Positions 1 to 11,319 of a DNA stretch of 64,000 bases are shown one piece after another (position 1 is the first letter of the stretch; each line of letters begins with the position of its first letter). The position numbers were made by a program, and so were the translations under genes. Origin of the DNA: an uncultured Actinomycetota bacterium (lineage in GTDB: Bacteria > Actinomycetota > Actinomycetes > Propionibacteriales > Nocardioidaceae); contig CAVPUJ010000001.1 in the NCBI GenBank assembly GCA_963708915.1, forward strand, positions 864,689 through 928,688, in the 5' to 3' direction. The notes beneath the pieces were generated by a model, which was not told the DNA's origin, made no database searches, and saw nothing but the letters and a program-made list of their open reading frames with translations.

Positions 1-1246
1 GCTTGACCGTGTCCAGCGCGACGCCGACCATGATGAGGATCGAGGTGCCGCCGAACGGGAAGTTCTGGTTGGCGTCGATGAGGACCAGCGCGATCAGCGG
101 GATGAGCGCCACGCACCCGAGGTACAGAGCGCCGGGGAGCGTGATGCGGGACAAGACGTAGGACAGGTAGTCCTCGGTCGGCTTGCCCGCCCGGATCCCG
201 GGGATGAAGCCGCCGTACTTCTTCATGTTGTCCGCCACCTCTTCAGGGTTGAAGGTGATCGAGACGTAGAAGTAGGTGAAGAAGACGATCAGGAGGAAGT
301 AGGCGATCATGTAGAGCGGGTGGTCGCCGCGCACGAAGTACTCGCTGATCCAACCCACCCAGGCGGCACCGCTGTCCGCCCGGAACTGCACCGCCATCGC
401 GGGCAGGTAGAGCAGCGACGAGGCGAAGATGACGGGGATGACGCCCGCCTGGTTGACCTTGAGCGGGATGTAGGTCGAGCTGCCGCCGAACATCTTGCGG
501 CCCACCATCCTGCGGGCGTACTGCACGGGGATACGGCGCTGCGCCTGCTCGATGAAGATCACGGCGGCGACGATCGCGAGTCCGACGATCACCACGATGC
601 CGAAGATCCACCAGCCCTTGCTGTTCTTCACCGACCACAGGGCGATCGGGAAGGTGGCCACGATCTGGGTGAAGATCAGCAGCGACATCCCGTTGCCGAC
701 GCCGCGTTCGGTGATCAGCTCGGCCAGCCACATGATCACGGCGGTGCCCGCCGTCATGGTGACGACCATGACGAGGAACGTGACCGTGCCGTCACTGTGC
801 AGCAGCGGCTCGTTGCAGCCCTGGAGCAGGTTTCCGGAGCGGGCCAGGGCGACGATGCCGGTGGCCTGCAGCACGGCCAGGCCGAGCGTCAGGTAGCGGG
901 TGTACTGGGTGATCTTCGTCTGGCCGGACTGGCCCTCCTTCTTGAGGGCCTCCAGCCGTGGGATCACCACGACGAGCAGCTGCAGGATGATCGAGGCCGT
1001 GATGTACGGCATGATCCCGAGCGCGAAGATCGTCAGCTGGAGCAGCGCCCCGCCGGAGAACAGGTTGATCAGGCTGTAGATGCCGGAGTTGCCCACGTTG
1101 TCGAGGCACGTCTGCACGTTGGCGACGTTGACGCCGGGGGCCGGCACCTGGGAACCGAGCCGGAAGATCGCGATGATGAACAGGACGAACAGCAGCTTGC
1201 GCCGCAGGTCCGGCGTCCTAAAAGCATTGGCGAACGCGCCTAGCAC
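1..1246 (-). CDS. secY: Preprotein translocase subunit SecY (3' end runs off window)
   Basis: Manual translation from GTG at 1246: MLGAFANAFRTPDLRRKLLF...FALGIMPYITASII...ITQYTRY...GVGNGMSLLIF...IPLKVNQAGVIPVIFASS...GGFIPGIRAGKPT; follows rplO. Confidence 0.98.
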   Translation of the reverse strand, partial: MLGAFANAFRTPDLRRKLLFVLFIIAIFRLGSQVPAPGVNVANVQTCLDNVGNSGIYSLINLFSGGALLQLTIFALGIMPYITASIILQLLVVVIPRLEALKKEGQSGQTKITQYTRYLTLGLAVLQATGIVALARSGNLLQGCNEPLLHSDGTVTFLVMVVTMTAGTAVIMWLAELITERGVGNGMSLLIFTQIVATFPIALWSVKNSKGWWIFGIVVIVGLAIVAAVIFIEQAQRRIPVQYARRMVGRKMFGGSSTYIPLKVNQAGVIPVIFASSLLYLPAMAVQFRADSGAAWVGWISEYFVRGDHPLYMIAYFLLIVFFTYFYVSITFNPEEVADNMKKYGGFIPGIRAGKPTEDYLSYVLSRITLPGALYLGCVALIPLIALVLIDANQNFPFGGTSILIMVGVALDTVK

Positions 1247-1369
1247 GAGATCCTCACAGTTCTTTCTGGACGAGTGTGTCGGCTGACATCTCGGTCGAAC
1301 CGCCACGCTGCCGTCCGGCAAGCAGGGTGCGATCCTCGCAACGACGACAGCGGGGCGAGGACCCGGGGA

Positions 1370-1375
1370 AGCCTA
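1370..1375 (-). promoter_or_regulatory. Candidate -10 hexamer (TAGGCT) of a separate secY promoter
   Basis: TANNNT match downstream of the rplO hairpin, about 125 nt upstream of the secY start. Confidence 0.4.
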
Positions 1376-1419
1376 ACAGGCAGGTCACAGGCCCCGAACG
1401 GGCCGACCGGGACGGTACG

Positions 1420-1466
1420 TCGAAGGCGCGGAGTCCCTGGTAGGGCTGGGGTCTCCGCGCCTTCGA
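1420..1466 (-). terminator. Hairpin after rplO, probable spc operon terminator
   Basis: 14-bp perfect inverted repeat TCGAAGGCGCGGAG / CTCCGCGCCTTCGA just past the rplO stop. Confidence 0.7.
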
Positions 1467-1484
1467 TCAATGCCTGGTGGTGGC

Positions 1485-1925
1485 TCACACGATGGTGGTC
1501 GAACCGCCGGCGGCCTCGATCTTCTGCTTCGCCGAGGCGGAGAACGCCTGGGCGCTCACCTGGACGGCGACCTCGATCTCGCCCTGGCCGAGCACCTTGA
1601 CGCGCTGGCCCTTGCGGACCGCGCCCCTGGCGACGAGCTCGTCGACGGTGATGCTGCCGCCGTCGGGGAACAGCTCCCCGATGCGGTCGAGGTTGACGAC
1701 CTGGTACTCCTCGCGGAAGGGGTTCTTGAAGCCCTTCAGCTTGGGCAGGCGCATGTGCAGGGGCAGCTGGCCGCCCTCGAAGTACGCCGGGATGTTGTTG
1801 CGGGCCTTGGAACCCTTGGTGCCACGACCGGCGGTCTTGCCCTTGGATCCCTCACCGCGACCCACACGGGTCTTGGCGGTCTTGGCGCCCGGGGCCGGGC
1901 GCAGGTGGTGCAGCTTGAGCGTCAC
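1485..1925 (-). CDS. rplO: 50S ribosomal protein L15
   Basis: [21 protein letters not shown] and [14 protein letters not shown] motifs; operon position. Confidence 0.99.
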   Translation of the reverse strand: MTLKLHHLRPAPGAKTAKTRVGRGEGSKGKTAGRGTKGSKARNNIPAYFEGGQLPLHMRLPKLKGFKNPFREEYQVVNLDRIGELFPDGGSITVDELVARGAVRKGQRVKVLGQGEIEVAVQVSAQAFSASAKQKIEAAGGSTTIV

Positions 1926-2131
1926 TTGGACTCATCCTCTCCGATCGCGCCGTCGACGACCTGGACCGTCACCAGGTGACGGACGGTCTGGACCATGCCG
2001 CGGATCTCCGGGCGGTCCTCCTTGACGACGACGTCGCCGATGCGCTTGAGGCCGAGCGAGCGCAGCGTCTCGCGCTGGTTCGCCTTGCACCCGATCGACG
2101 ACTTCTTCTGCTGGACCTGGAGCTGTGCCAT
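1922..2131 (-). CDS. rpmD: 50S ribosomal protein L30
   Basis: KKSSIG...[29 protein letters not shown]. Confidence 0.98.
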   Translation of the reverse strand: MAQLQVQQKKSSIGCKANQRETLRSLGLKRIGDVVVKEDRPEIRGMVQTVRHLVTVQVVDGAIGEDESK

Positions 2132-2751
2132 CAGACGTTCACCGCCGTGGGGTCCTCACGACGCGCCTTGAGGAGCGCTGCCGGGGCGACCTGCTCGACC
2201 GGGAGGCCGCGGCGCGCGGCCACGGTCTCGGGCTGCTCCAGCATCCGGAGCGCCGCGACGGTCGCGTGCACGATGTTGATCTGGTTCGACGACCCCAGCG
2301 ACTTGCTGAGCACGTCGTGGATGCCCGCGCACTCCAGCACCGCACGCACCGGGCCACCGGCGATGACGCCGGTACCGGGAGCGGCCGGGCGCAGCAGCAC
2401 CACGCCGGCGGCCTTCTCACCCTGGACGGGGTGCGGGATGGTGCCCTGGATCCGGGGAACCCGGAAGAACGCCTTCTTGGCCTCCTCGACACCCTTGGCG
2501 ATCGCCGCGGGCACCTCCTTGGCCTTGCCGTAGCCGACGCCGACCATCCCTTCGCCGTCACCGACGACGACGAGGGCGGTGAAGCTGAAGCGACGACCGC
2601 CCTTGACGACCTTGGCGACACGGTTGATGGCGACGACGCGCTCGACGTACGCCGTCTTGTCGGCGCCGCCGCGACCGCCGTCACGGCCTCCGCCGCGACG
2701 GTCGTTCGAGCCGCGTTCGCCGCCGCGCTGTCCGCGCTGGGCTCCGCTCAT
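2131..2751 (-). CDS. rpsE: 30S ribosomal protein S5
   Basis: [30 protein letters not shown]. Confidence 0.99.
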   Translation of the reverse strand: MSGAQRGQRGGERGSNDRRGGGRDGGRGGADKTAYVERVVAINRVAKVVKGGRRFSFTALVVVGDGEGMVGVGYGKAKEVPAAIAKGVEEAKKAFFRVPRIQGTIPHPVQGEKAAGVVLLRPAAPGTGVIAGGPVRAVLECAGIHDVLSKSLGSSNQINIVHATVAALRMLEQPETVAARRGLPVEQVAPAALLKARREDPTAVNV

Positions 2752-2807
2752 GACTGTTTCCTTCTCTCGTTAGCTCTTGAGGGCTGCTAGTCCTGATCCC
2801 CGAGGGG

Positions 2808-3191
2808 TCAGAACGTCAGCCCGCCCTCGCGGGCGCCGTCGGCCAGGGCCGCCACGCGACCGTGGTACTTGTTGCCGGCGCGGTCGAAGACCACACCGTC
2901 GACGCCAGCAGCCTTGGCGCGCTCGGCGACGAGCTCGCCCACGCGCTTGGCCTTGGCCGTCTTGTCACCCTCGAAGGTGCGCAGGTCGGCCTCCATGGTC
3001 GAGGCGGACGCGACGGTCTTGCCGACCAGGTCGTCCACGACCTGCACGGTGATGTGCTTCGTCGACCGGGTGACCACCAGGCGCGGACGCTCGGCGGTGC
3101 CGGAGATCTTCTTGCGGCCACGCATCTGGCGGCGCAGTCGCGACGCAGTACGGGCTGCGGTGTGCTTGCGGTGTCCCAGGGAGATCGCCAT
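2808..3191 (-). CDS. rplR: 50S ribosomal protein L18
   Basis: [13 protein letters not shown]...[26 protein letters not shown]; ATG overlaps the rplF stop (TGATG). Confidence 0.98.
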   Translation of the reverse strand: MAISLGHRKHTAARTASRLRRQMRGRKKISGTAERPRLVVTRSTKHITVQVVDDLVGKTVASASTMEADLRTFEGDKTAKAKRVGELVAERAKAAGVDGVVFDRAGNKYHGRVAALADGAREGGLTF

Positions 3192-3730
3192 CACTTACCA
3201 GCCTTTCCGACCTTCTTGCGGACCTGCTCGCCCGCGTAGCGAACGCCCTTGCCCTTGTAGGGCTCCGGCTTGCGCAGCTTGCGGATCTTCGCGGCCGTCT
3301 CTCCGACGAGCTGCTTGTCGATCCCCTGGACTCCGAGCCGGGTCGGCCCCTCCACCGCGAAGGTGATGCCTTCGGGTGCGTTGAACGTGATCGAGTGGCT
3401 GTAGCCGAGCTGGAACTCCAGCTGGGTCGGGCCCTTGGACAGGACCCGGTAGCCGACCCCGACGATCTCGAGGCGCTTCTCGTAGCCGTCGGTCACACCG
3501 ACGACCATGTTGTTGATCAGGGTGCGCGTCAGGCCGTGCAGAGAACGGCTGATGCGCTCGTCGTCGGGGCGCTTGACCTCGAGGACGCCGTCGCTGTTCT
3601 CCACCGTGATGGGCGCAGCTACCTGGTGGGACAAGATGCCCTTGGGGCCCTTGACGGTCACCAGCTGGTCGTCGATGGCCACGTCCACTCCGGACGGGAC
3701 CTCGATCGGGAGCTTGCCGATTCGCGACAT
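3191..3730 (-). CDS. rplF: 50S ribosomal protein L6
   Basis: MSRIGKLPI...[13 protein letters not shown]. Confidence 0.99.
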   Translation of the reverse strand: MSRIGKLPIEVPSGVDVAIDDQLVTVKGPKGILSHQVAAPITVENSDGVLEVKRPDDERISRSLHGLTRTLINNMVVGVTDGYEKRLEIVGVGYRVLSKGPTQLEFQLGYSHSITFNAPEGITFAVEGPTRLGVQGIDKQLVGETAAKIRKLRKPEPYKGKGVRYAGEQVRKKVGKAGK

Positions 3731-3755
3731 GTCTGTCTCCTCCTCTGGTCTCTCG

Positions 3756-4163
3756 TCACCAGACGTAGGCGAGAACTTCCCCACCCACGCCCTTCTGGTT
3801 GGCCTGGCGGTCGGTCAGCAGACCCTGGCTCGTCGAGATGATCGCGACGCCCAGGCCGCCGAGCACGCGCGGCAGGCCGGTGGACTTGGCGTACACCCGC
3901 AGGCCGGGCTTGCTGATGCGGCGGACGCCGGCGATCGAGCGCTCACGGTTGCGGCCGTACTTGAGGGTGATCGTCAGCGTGCGGCCGACGGCACCCTCGG
4001 CGGGCTCGGCCACCTCGAACGAGGTGATGTAGCCCTCCTGCTTGAGGATCTCGGCGAGGCCGGCCTTCAGCTTGCTGTAGGGCATGGTCACCGCGTCGTG
4101 GTACGCCTGGTTGGCGTTGCGCAGACGGGTCAGCATGTCTGCGATCGGGTCAGTCATCGTCAT
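3756..4163 (-). CDS. rpsH: 30S ribosomal protein S8
   Basis: [16 protein letters not shown]...[10 protein letters not shown]...[11 protein letters not shown]. Confidence 0.99.
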   Translation of the reverse strand: MTMTDPIADMLTRLRNANQAYHDAVTMPYSKLKAGLAEILKQEGYITSFEVAEPAEGAVGRTLTITLKYGRNRERSIAGVRRISKPGLRVYAKSTGLPRVLGGLGVAIISTSQGLLTDRQANQKGVGGEVLAYVW

Positions 4164-4228
4164 GGTGCTTCGGTCTTCTCTCTTCTGTGGTTTCCGGCCC
4201 CAGTGGTCAGTTGCCGGACCTTCAGCGT

Positions 4229-4284
4229 TTCGTTGGTCGAGGAAGGCGCCCAATCAAATGACTAGGTCGCCTGTCACGAGACCC
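4229..4284. repeat. Single arm of the REP-like family also present at 62526-62622
   Basis: TTCGTTGGTCGAGGAAGG...CCTGTCACGAGACCC shares both terminal blocks with the arms at 62526-62622; lies between rpsN and rpsH. Confidence 0.7.
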
Positions 4285-4297
4285 CGTGAGGGGTCAG

Positions 4298-4483
4298 TTA
4301 CCAGCTGGACTTGGTGATGCCGGGGAGCTCGCCGCGGTGGGCCATCTCCCGCAGGCAGATCCGGCACAGGCCGAACTTGCGGTAGACGGCCTTGGGCCGG
4401 CCGCAACGCTGGCAGCGGGTGTAGCCACGCACCGCGAACTTGGGCTTGCGGGCCGCCTTGACTCTCAGAGCTGTCTTCGCCAT
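4298..4483 (-). CDS. rpsN: 30S ribosomal protein S14, zinc-binding (C+) type
   Basis: 61 aa, RCQRCGRP...[13 protein letters not shown]. Confidence 0.99.
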   Translation of the reverse strand: MAKTALRVKAARKPKFAVRGYTRCQRCGRPKAVYRKFGLCRICLREMAHRGELPGITKSSW

Positions 4484-4497
4484 GTCTTGATCCCCTC

Positions 4498-5121
4498 TCA
4501 GCGCTCAGCGAAGGGGAACCCGAGCTGCTTGAGCAGCGCGCGACCCTCGTCGTCGTTGGTGGCCGTCGTGACGACCGTGATGTCCATGCCGCGGGTGCGG
4601 TCGATGCGGTCCTGGTCGACCTCGTGGAACATGACCTGCTCGGTGAGACCGAAGGTGTAGTTGCCACGACCGTCGAACTGGTTCGGGGAGAGGCCGCGGA
4701 AGTCGCGGATGCGGGGCAGCGCCAGCGACAGCAGCCGGTCCAGGAACTCCCACATCCGGTCGCCGCGCAGCGTCACGTGGGCGCCGATCGGCATGCCCTC
4801 GCGCAGCTTGAACTGGGCGATGGACTTGCGGGCCTTGGTCACGGTCGGCTTCTGGCCGGTGATCGCGGTGAGGTCCTTGACCGCACCCTCGATGAGCTTC
4901 GAGTCGCGAGCCGCCTCGCCGACACCCATGTTGACCACGATCTTGGTCAGCCCGGGCACCTGCATGACGTTCGGGATGTCGAACTCGCTCTTGAGCGCGG
5001 GGAGGATCTCCTCGCGGTAGCGGGTCTTGAGCCGCGGCGTCACCTTCTCGGCCGGAGCCGTCTCGGTGGCCTCGCCCGAAGACGCAGCCTCAGTGCTTGT
5101 GACGGTGTCAGTGTCGGTCAT
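4498..5121 (-). CDS. rplE: 50S ribosomal protein L5 (acidic N-terminal extension)
   Basis: [11 protein letters not shown]...[17 protein letters not shown]...[10 protein letters not shown]. Confidence 0.99.
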   Translation of the reverse strand: MTDTDTVTSTEAASSGEATETAPAEKVTPRLKTRYREEILPALKSEFDIPNVMQVPGLTKIVVNMGVGEAARDSKLIEGAVKDLTAITGQKPTVTKARKSIAQFKLREGMPIGAHVTLRGDRMWEFLDRLLSLALPRIRDFRGLSPNQFDGRGNYTFGLTEQVMFHEVDQDRIDRTRGMDITVVTTATNDDEGRALLKQLGFPFAER

Positions 5122-5513
5122 CAGACTTCCTTGCCGGTCTTGCGGGAGACGCGGACGCTGCGGCTCGCGGAGTACGTCGAGCCGTCGTTGCGGCGCTTGG
5201 TCACCTCGTCGCGGCGGAAGCCCAGCCGGGTCACGCCGTCGCCCTCGACCAGCATCACGTTGGACACGTGGATCGGGGCCTCGGTGGTGATGATGCCGCC
5301 GGTGGTGCCGGCCCGGCCGCCCGACTGGACGACCTTGGTGTGCCGCTTGACGCGGTTGACGCCCTCGACGATCACGCGCTGCTCCTCGCGGAGCACGGCG
5401 ATGACCTTGCCCTCGGCGCCCTTGTCCTGGCCGGCGATCACCTTGACGGTGTCGCCCTTCTTGATGTTCACGGTGTTCTTCTTCTGCTTCTTCGGGTCAC
5501 TTTTCTGGGCCAT
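5121..5513 (-). CDS. rplX: 50S ribosomal protein L24
   Basis: [19 protein letters not shown] motif...[11 protein letters not shown]. Confidence 0.98.
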   Translation of the reverse strand: MAQKSDPKKQKKNTVNIKKGDTVKVIAGQDKGAEGKVIAVLREEQRVIVEGVNRVKRHTKVVQSGGRAGTTGGIITTEAPIHVSNVMLVEGDGVTRLGFRRDEVTKRRNDGSTYSASRSVRVSRKTGKEV

Positions 5514-5515
5514 GG

Positions 5516-5884
5516 TCAGAGCACCTCCGGCGCCAGCGAGATGATCTTCATGAACTTCTTGTCGCGCAGCTCGCGGCCCACGGGGCCGAAGATGCGGGTG
5601 CCGCGCGGCTCGCCGTCCTGGCGGAGGATCACCGCGGCGTTCTCGTCGAAGCGGATGTAGGAACCATCGGGGCGGCGGCGCGACTTCACGGTGCGCACGA
5701 CCACGGCCCGGACGACGTCGCCCTTCTTGACGTTGCCGCCGGGGATCGCGTCCTTGACGGTGCACACGATGATGTCGCCGATGCCGGCGTAGCGCCGACC
5801 CGAGCCGCCGAGCACGCGGATGCACAGGACTTCCTTGGCACCCGTGTTGTCGGCGACCTTGAGTCGCGACTCCTGCTGGATCAT
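5516..5884 (-). CDS. rplN: 50S ribosomal protein L14
   Basis: [17 protein letters not shown]...[10 protein letters not shown]. Confidence 0.99.
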   Translation of the reverse strand: MIQQESRLKVADNTGAKEVLCIRVLGGSGRRYAGIGDIIVCTVKDAIPGGNVKKGDVVRAVVVRTVKSRRRPDGSYIRFDENAAVILRQDGEPRGTRIFGPVGRELRDKKFMKIISLAPEVL

Positions 5885-5975
5885 TTCAGTCTCTCCTTGT
5901 CGCCCCGGTTCTCACTGCGTGAGCCTGGGGGAACCTTCTGGTTGCTGGCAGCGCCTGCTGGCCGGGCCTGCTTGC

Positions 5976-6269
5976 TTACTTGGCGCGCTCGAGGACCTGC
6001 ACGACGCGCCAACGCTTGGTGGCGGACAGCGGACGGGTCTCCATGATCAGGACCCGGTCGCCGATGCCACAGTCGTTCTGCTCGTCGTGAGCCTTGAGCT
6101 TGGACGTACGCCGCAGGACCTTGCCGTAGAGGGCGTGCTTGACGCGGTCCTCGACGGCGACGACGACGGTCTTGTCCATCTTGTCGCTGACGACGAGGCC
6201 CTCGCGGGTCTTGCGCGTCCCGCGGGCGTCACCCTGCTGGGCGGTGCTGTCGTTCGTGGTCTCGCTCAT
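5976..6269 (-). CDS. rpsQ: 30S ribosomal protein S17
   Basis: [14 protein letters not shown]...[12 protein letters not shown]. Confidence 0.99.
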   Translation of the reverse strand: MSETTNDSTAQQGDARGTRKTREGLVVSDKMDKTVVVAVEDRVKHALYGKVLRRTSKLKAHDEQNDCGIGDRVLIMETRPLSATKRWRVVQVLERAK

Positions 6270-6514
6270 GCGGCACCACCCTTCTCGTCGGCGCCCGGGG
6301 CGGACCGGATGCCGAGCTCGCGCTCACGCACCACGGTGTAGATCCGGGCGATGTCCTTCTTGACCGTGCGGAGCCGGCCGTGGCTCTCGAGCTGACCGGT
6401 CGCGGCCTGGAAACGGAGGTTGAACAGCTCCTCCTTGGCCTCGCGCAGCTTCGCCTCGAGGTCGGTGGCGTTCATGTCGTCGAGCTCGTGCGCACTCGTA
6501 CCGAGCTGTGCCAT
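6266..6514 (-). CDS. rpmC: 50S ribosomal protein L29
   Basis: [34 protein letters not shown]. Confidence 0.98.
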   Translation of the reverse strand: MAQLGTSAHELDDMNATDLEAKLREAKEELFNLRFQAATGQLESHGRLRTVKKDIARIYTVVRERELGIRSAPGADEKGGAA

Positions 6515-6933
6515 CAGAACTCACCCTCCTCACGGGAGATGAAACGGGTCTTCAGCGGCAGCTTGTGCTGCGCGCGGCGCATCGCCTCCTTGGCGACGTC
6601 CTCGGTCACTCCGGACAGCTCGAAGAGCACGCGCCCGGGCTTGACGTTGGCGATCCACCACTCCGGCGAGCCCTTGCCGGAACCCATCCGGGTCTCGGCG
6701 GGCTTCTTGGTCAGCGGGCGGTCGGGGTAGATGTTGATCCACACCTTGCCGCCACGCTTGATGTGCCGGGTCATGGCGATACGCGCCGACTCGATCTGCC
6801 GGTTGGTCACGTAGCTGCCCTCGAGGGCCTGGATGCCGAACTCGCCGAAGGCGAGCTTGGTGCCGCCCTTGGCGGCACCCCGGCGGTTGGGGTGGTGCTG
6901 CTTGCGGTGCTTGACGCGACGGGGCATCAACAT
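6514..6933 (-). CDS. rplP: 50S ribosomal protein L16
   Basis: [12 protein letters not shown]...[14 protein letters not shown]. Confidence 0.99.
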   Translation of the reverse strand: MLMPRRVKHRKQHHPNRRGAAKGGTKLAFGEFGIQALEGSYVTNRQIESARIAMTRHIKRGGKVWINIYPDRPLTKKPAETRMGSGKGSPEWWIANVKPGRVLFELSGVTEDVAKEAMRRAQHKLPLKTRFISREEGEF

Positions 6934-6935
6934 GG

Positions 6936-7766
6936 TCAGGCCTCCGTTCCGGAGTCGGCGGCCGGAGCCGCCGCTGCCGCGACCTCGGCCGGAGCCTCGG
7001 TCGTCGCCGGCGCGCCGGACGCACCGCCGCGGGTGCTGCGGGTGGGACGCTCGCCGCCGCGCTCGCCGGCGCGCTGCGGGCGACCGCTGCGACCGGGCAC
7101 GCCCGCGCGGGCGGCGGCCTGGGCCTGACGCTCGGCACGGGTGCCGGCGACCTCGCCCTTGTAGATCCAGACCTTCACGCCGATGCGGCCGAAGGTCGTC
7201 CGGGCCTCGTAGAAGCCGTAGTCGATGTCGGCACGCAGGGTGTGCAGCGGCACACGGCCCTCGCGGTAGAACTCGGTGCGCGACATCTCGGCGCCGTTGA
7301 GGCGGCCGGAGCACTGGATCCGGATGCCCTTGGCACCGGAACGCATCGAGGTCTGCATGGCCTTGCGCATGGCGCGACGGAACTGCACGCGTCCCGACAG
7401 CTGCTCGGCGACACCCTGGGCGACCAGCTGCGCGTCGATCTCGGGGTTCTTGACCTCGAGGATGTTCAGCTGGACCTGCTTGCCCGTGAGCTTCTCGAGC
7501 TCGCCGCGCAGGCGGTCGGCCTCGGCGCCGCGGCGACCGATGACGATGCCCGGACGGGCGGTGTGGATGTCCACGCGGACCCGGTCACGGGTGCGCTCGA
7601 TCTCCACCTTGGAGATGCCGGCCCGCTCCATGCCCTTGGAGAGCAGCTTGCGGATGGCGACGTCCTCGCCGACGTACGACTTGTACAGCTTGTCGGCATA
7701 CCACCGCGACTTGTGGTCGGTGGAGATTCCGAGGCGGAAGCCGTTGGGATTGATCTTCTGGCCCAT
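6936..7766 (-). CDS. rpsC: 30S ribosomal protein S3
   Basis: [13 protein letters not shown]...[14 protein letters not shown]; Ala/Arg-rich tail. Confidence 0.99.
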   Translation of the reverse strand: MGQKINPNGFRLGISTDHKSRWYADKLYKSYVGEDVAIRKLLSKGMERAGISKVEIERTRDRVRVDIHTARPGIVIGRRGAEADRLRGELEKLTGKQVQLNILEVKNPEIDAQLVAQGVAEQLSGRVQFRRAMRKAMQTSMRSGAKGIRIQCSGRLNGAEMSRTEFYREGRVPLHTLRADIDYGFYEARTTFGRIGVKVWIYKGEVAGTRAERQAQAAARAGVPGRSGRPQRAGERGGERPTRSTRGGASGAPATTEAPAEVAAAAAPAADSGTEA

Positions 7767-8248
7767 CAGGCACGCTCCCCTGACTTCTTTGCGGTCTTCT
7801 GAGTGGATTTCTGGGCGGCGGTCTTCTTCGCGGGGGCCTGGGCGGCCACGGGCTTGACGACCGGCTCGACGGCCAGCGTGATGTGGCTGGTCCGCTTGTT
7901 GATGCGGGTGGCACGGCCCTGGGCGCGGGGGCGCCAGCGCTTCATGGTCGGACCCTCGTCGACCAGGGCCACGGTGACGACCAGGTCACCGCGGTCGAGG
8001 CTCTCGGTGGTCACGGCGTTGGCCACGGCGCTCTCGAGCACCTTGTGCACGGTCGTCGCGGCCGACTGCGGCGCGAAGGCGAGCAGGTTCAGCGCGTCGT
8101 CCACGGGCAGGCCGCGGACCATGTTGACGACCCGGCGGGCCTTCATCGGCGTGATCCGCACGAAGCGGGCGCTCGCGAAGGAGCCGGCGCGGTCGCCGAG
8201 CAGCGAGTCGCGACGGGCACTCTGGCGGCGGCGTTCGGTGGCAGGCAT
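7766..8248 (-). CDS. rplV: 50S ribosomal protein L22
   Basis: [14 protein letters not shown]...[18 protein letters not shown]. Confidence 0.98.
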   Translation of the reverse strand: MPATERRRQSARRDSLLGDRAGSFASARFVRITPMKARRVVNMVRGLPVDDALNLLAFAPQSAATTVHKVLESAVANAVTTESLDRGDLVVTVALVDEGPTMKRWRPRAQGRATRINKRTSHITLAVEPVVKPVAAQAPAKKTAAQKSTQKTAKKSGERA

Positions 8249-8249
8249 G

Positions 8250-8531
8250 TCAGCGTCGCCGTCCCTTCCGGTCGTCCTTGACGTGCCCGCGGTAGGTGCG
8301 GGTCGGGGCGAACTCCCCGAGCTTGTGGCCGACCATCGAGTCGGTCACGAAGACGGGGACGTGCTTGCGGCCGTCGTGCACGGCGAGCGTGTGGCCGATC
8401 ATGGCCGGCACGATCATCGAGCGGCGCGACCAGGTCTTGATGACGTTGTGGGTGCCCTTCGTGTTCTCGGCGTCCACCTTCTTCATCAGGTGGCCGTCGA
8501 CGAAGGGGCCCTTCTTCAGGCTGCGAGGCAT
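8250..8531 (-). CDS. rpsS: 30S ribosomal protein S19
   Basis: [12 protein letters not shown]...[13 protein letters not shown]. Confidence 0.99.
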   Translation of the reverse strand: MPRSLKKGPFVDGHLMKKVDAENTKGTHNVIKTWSRRSMIVPAMIGHTLAVHDGRKHVPVFVTDSMVGHKLGEFAPTRTYRGHVKDDRKGRRR

Positions 8532-8536
8532 GTCGG

Positions 8537-9373
8537 TTACTTCCTACCCTTGCCGGACTTGCGGCGACGGATGATCTGGGCGTCGCTGGCCTTGCGGCGA
8601 CGCGTACGGCCCTCGGGCTTGCCCCAGGGCGAGACCGGGTGGCGACCACCGGAGGTCTTGCCCTCGCCGCCACCGTGGGGGTGGTCGACGGGGTTCATCA
8701 CGACACCACGGACGGTGGGGCGCTTGCCCTTCCAGCGCATGCGGCCGGCCTTGCCCCAGTTGATGTTGGACTGCTCGGCGTTGCCGACCTCGCCGATGGT
8801 GGCGCGGCAGCGGACGTCGATGAACCGCATCTCACCGGACGGCAGGCGCAGCGTGGCGCGCGAGCCCTCCTTGGCGACGAGCTGGGCGCTGTTGCCGGCG
8901 GAGCGGGCGATCTTCGCCCCGCCGCCGGGCCGCAGCTCGATGGCGTGGATCGTGGTGCCGACCGGGATGTTGCGCAGCGGGAGGTTGTTGCCCACCTTGA
9001 TGTCGGCCGTCGGGCCGGACTCGAGGGCGGCACCCTGACGCAGGTCCTTGGGGCAGATGATGTAGCGCTTCTCGCCGTCGGCGTAGTGCAGCAGGGCGAT
9101 GCGCGCGGTGCGGTTCGGGTCGTACTCGATGTGCGCCACCTTGGCGGGCACGCCGTCCTTGTCGTAGCGACGGAAGTCGATGATCCGGTAGGCGCGCTTG
9201 TGTCCGCCACCCTGGTGCCGCGTGGTGATCCGGCCCTGGTTGTTGCGGCCGCCCTTCTTGGCGAGGGGACGCGTCAGGGACTTCTCCGGCGTGGTCCGGG
9301 TGATCTCGACGAAGTCGGCCACCGACGAGCCACGACGGCCCGGGGTGGTCGGCTTGTACTTACGGATAGGCAT
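8537..9373 (-). CDS. rplB: 50S ribosomal protein L2
   Basis: [14 protein letters not shown]...[18 protein letters not shown]. Confidence 0.99.
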   Translation of the reverse strand: MPIRKYKPTTPGRRGSSVADFVEITRTTPEKSLTRPLAKKGGRNNQGRITTRHQGGGHKRAYRIIDFRRYDKDGVPAKVAHIEYDPNRTARIALLHYADGEKRYIICPKDLRQGAALESGPTADIKVGNNLPLRNIPVGTTIHAIELRPGGGAKIARSAGNSAQLVAKEGSRATLRLPSGEMRFIDVRCRATIGEVGNAEQSNINWGKAGRMRWKGKRPTVRGVVMNPVDHPHGGGEGKTSGGRHPVSPWGKPEGRTRRRKASDAQIIRRRKSGKGRK

Positions 9374-9403
9374 GTCTCAGTCCTCAGATCTCAGGCAGCC
9401 CGG

Positions 9404-9709
9404 TCAGGAGACCGGACCTCCGAAGATGTCGATGCGGTGGCCCTCGGCGAGGCTGACGATCGCGCGCTTGGTGTCCTTGCGCTTGCCGAGCCCGTTGCGG
9501 GTGCGGCGCGTCTTGCCCTGGCGGTTGAGCGTGTTGACGGACGTGACCTTGACGTTGAACACCTTCTCGACCGCGATCTTGATCTCGGTCTTGTTGGCGT
9601 CCGGACGCACCAGGAACGTGTACTTGTTGGCGTCGAGGAGGCCGTAGCTCTTCTCGGAGACCACGGGTGCGATCAGCACGTCGCGGTGGTCCTTGTGGAG
9701 CGTGCTCAC
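9404..9709 (-). CDS. rplW: 50S ribosomal protein L23
   Basis: PVVSEKSY...[23 protein letters not shown]. Confidence 0.99.
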   Translation of the reverse strand: MSTLHKDHRDVLIAPVVSEKSYGLLDANKYTFLVRPDANKTEIKIAVEKVFNVKVTSVNTLNRQGKTRRTRNGLGKRKDTKRAIVSLAEGHRIDIFGGPVS

Positions 9710-10644
9710 TTGTCGTCCTCCTCATCCGCAGCAGAACCGCCACCGGCGCGCGTGAAGCCGGCGGCCTCGGCGTCCTCGGCGGTCTTGAAGTAGAACTCGG
9801 CAATCGTGGCGTCGTACCACTGGCCGTCGGGCTCGTGGTAGAGACCGGAGTCGGCGTTGCCCTTGACCTCGTAGCCCTTCGGCGCACCGCCGGACTTCAG
9901 CGGGGCCTTGGCGCCCTGGGGCAGCTCGGCCTTCTCGACGTCGGCCTCGGGAGCGGCCTTCTCGGTCTTGACGTCCGCCAACGCGGCCGGAGCGGCCGAC
10001 GTCGAGCTCGTCTCGATCTCGATGGTCTCGGCCACGGTCGCGCCGGTGGCCTCGCCACCGACGAACGCCTCGTAGGCACCCTGGGTGAAGACCAGGTCGT
10101 CGGCAGCCAGCACGTCGTAGGTGTTGAGCTGGTCGACGGCCACGATGTGCACCTCGGGGGCGTTGCGCAGCGACAGCCACGTCAGCGCGTCCGAGCGCTC
10201 CAGGACCAGGAGGAAGTTGCGACGCTCCACCAGACCGGTCAGCGCCTTGAGCGCGTTCTTGGTCGAGGGGACCTCGCCCGAGACGAGCGTGTCGACGACG
10301 TGGACGCGGCCGTCACGGGCCCGGTCGGAGAGGGCACCGCGCAGGGCGGCGGCCTTCATCTTCTTGGGGGTGCGCTGCGAGTAGTCACGCGGCTGCGGGC
10401 CGTGGACGACGCCACCGCCGGCGAACTGCGGCGCGCGGGTCGAGCCCTGGCGGGCGCGGCCGGTGCCCTTCTGCTTGTAGGGCTTGCGGCCACCGCCGCG
10501 GACGTTGCCGCGGGTCTTGGTGGCGTGCGTGCCCTGACGAGCAGCGGCCTGCTGGGCCACGACGACCTGGTGCATCAACGGGATGTTGACCTTGGCGTCG
10601 AAGATCTCGGCGGGCAGGTCGACCTTGAGGACCTTGGTGGTCAT
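9706..10644 (-). CDS. rplD: 50S ribosomal protein L4 with about 115-aa C-terminal extension containing a small extra domain
   Basis: [26 protein letters not shown]4 core, then linker and [37 protein letters not shown]; 312 aa total. Confidence 0.97.
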   Translation of the reverse strand: MTTKVLKVDLPAEIFDAKVNIPLMHQVVVAQQAAARQGTHATKTRGNVRGGGRKPYKQKGTGRARQGSTRAPQFAGGGVVHGPQPRDYSQRTPKKMKAAALRGALSDRARDGRVHVVDTLVSGEVPSTKNALKALTGLVERRNFLLVLERSDALTWLSLRNAPEVHIVAVDQLNTYDVLAADDLVFTQGAYEAFVGGEATGATVAETIEIETSSTSAAPAALADVKTEKAAPEADVEKAELPQGAKAPLKSGGAPKGYEVKGNADSGLYHEPDGQWYDATIAEFYFKTAEDAEAAGFTRAGGGSAADEEDDK

Positions 10645-11312
10645 GAGGCGCTCCCCTTGACGTTGGCACGCTTGGCGGCCGAGCGAAGGATCACGACCCC
10701 ACCCTTGGGGCCGGGAATGGCGCCCTTGAGCAGGATCAGGCCCTTGTCGGCGTCGACGGCGTGGACGGTGACGTTCTGGGTGGTGATGGTGTCGCTACCC
10801 ATGCGGCCGGCCATCCGGGTGCCCTTGAACACGCGGCCGGGGGTGGCGCAGGCGCCGATCGAGCCCGGCTTGCGGTGGTTCTTGTGGGCACCGTGGGAGG
10901 CACCGACGCCGTGGAAGCCGTGCAGCTTCATCACGCCGGCGTAGCCCTTGCCCTTGCTGGTGCCCGTCACGTCGATGACGTCACCCGCGGTGAACGTGTC
11001 GACGGCGAGCTCCTGGCCGGCCTCGTACGACGCGGCGTCGGCCGTGCGGATCTCCACCAGGTGGCGGCGCGGGGTCGACCCGGCCTTGGCGAAGTGCCCG
11101 GCGGTCGGCTTGTTGACCTTGCGTGCCTCGATCTCGCCGAACCCGACCTGGATGGCGTTGTAGCCATCGGTCTCGGGACGACGGATCTGCGTCACGATGT
11201 TGGTGGTGGCCTCGACCACGGTGACCGGGACGACGAGGTTGTTGTCGTCCCACACCTGGGTCATGCCGAGCTTGGTGCCCAGCAGGCCCTTCACGTTGCG
11301 TTCGATAGTCAT
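10641..11312 (-). CDS. rplC: 50S ribosomal protein L3
   Basis: [11 protein letters not shown]...[13 protein letters not shown]...HRKPGSIG. Confidence 0.99.
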   Translation of the reverse strand: MTIERNVKGLLGTKLGMTQVWDDNNLVVPVTVVEATTNIVTQIRRPETDGYNAIQVGFGEIEARKVNKPTAGHFAKAGSTPRRHLVEIRTADAASYEAGQELAVDTFTAGDVIDVTGTSKGKGYAGVMKLHGFHGVGASHGAHKNHRKPGSIGACATPGRVFKGTRMAGRMGSDTITTQNVTVHAVDADKGLILLKGAIPGPKGGVVILRSAAKRANVKGSAS

Positions 11313-11319
11313 GGTGCCC

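Noticed and set aside
4298-4483. Zinc-independent S14 paralog
   Set aside because: Both CxxC pairs are intact; this is the ordinary C+ copy.
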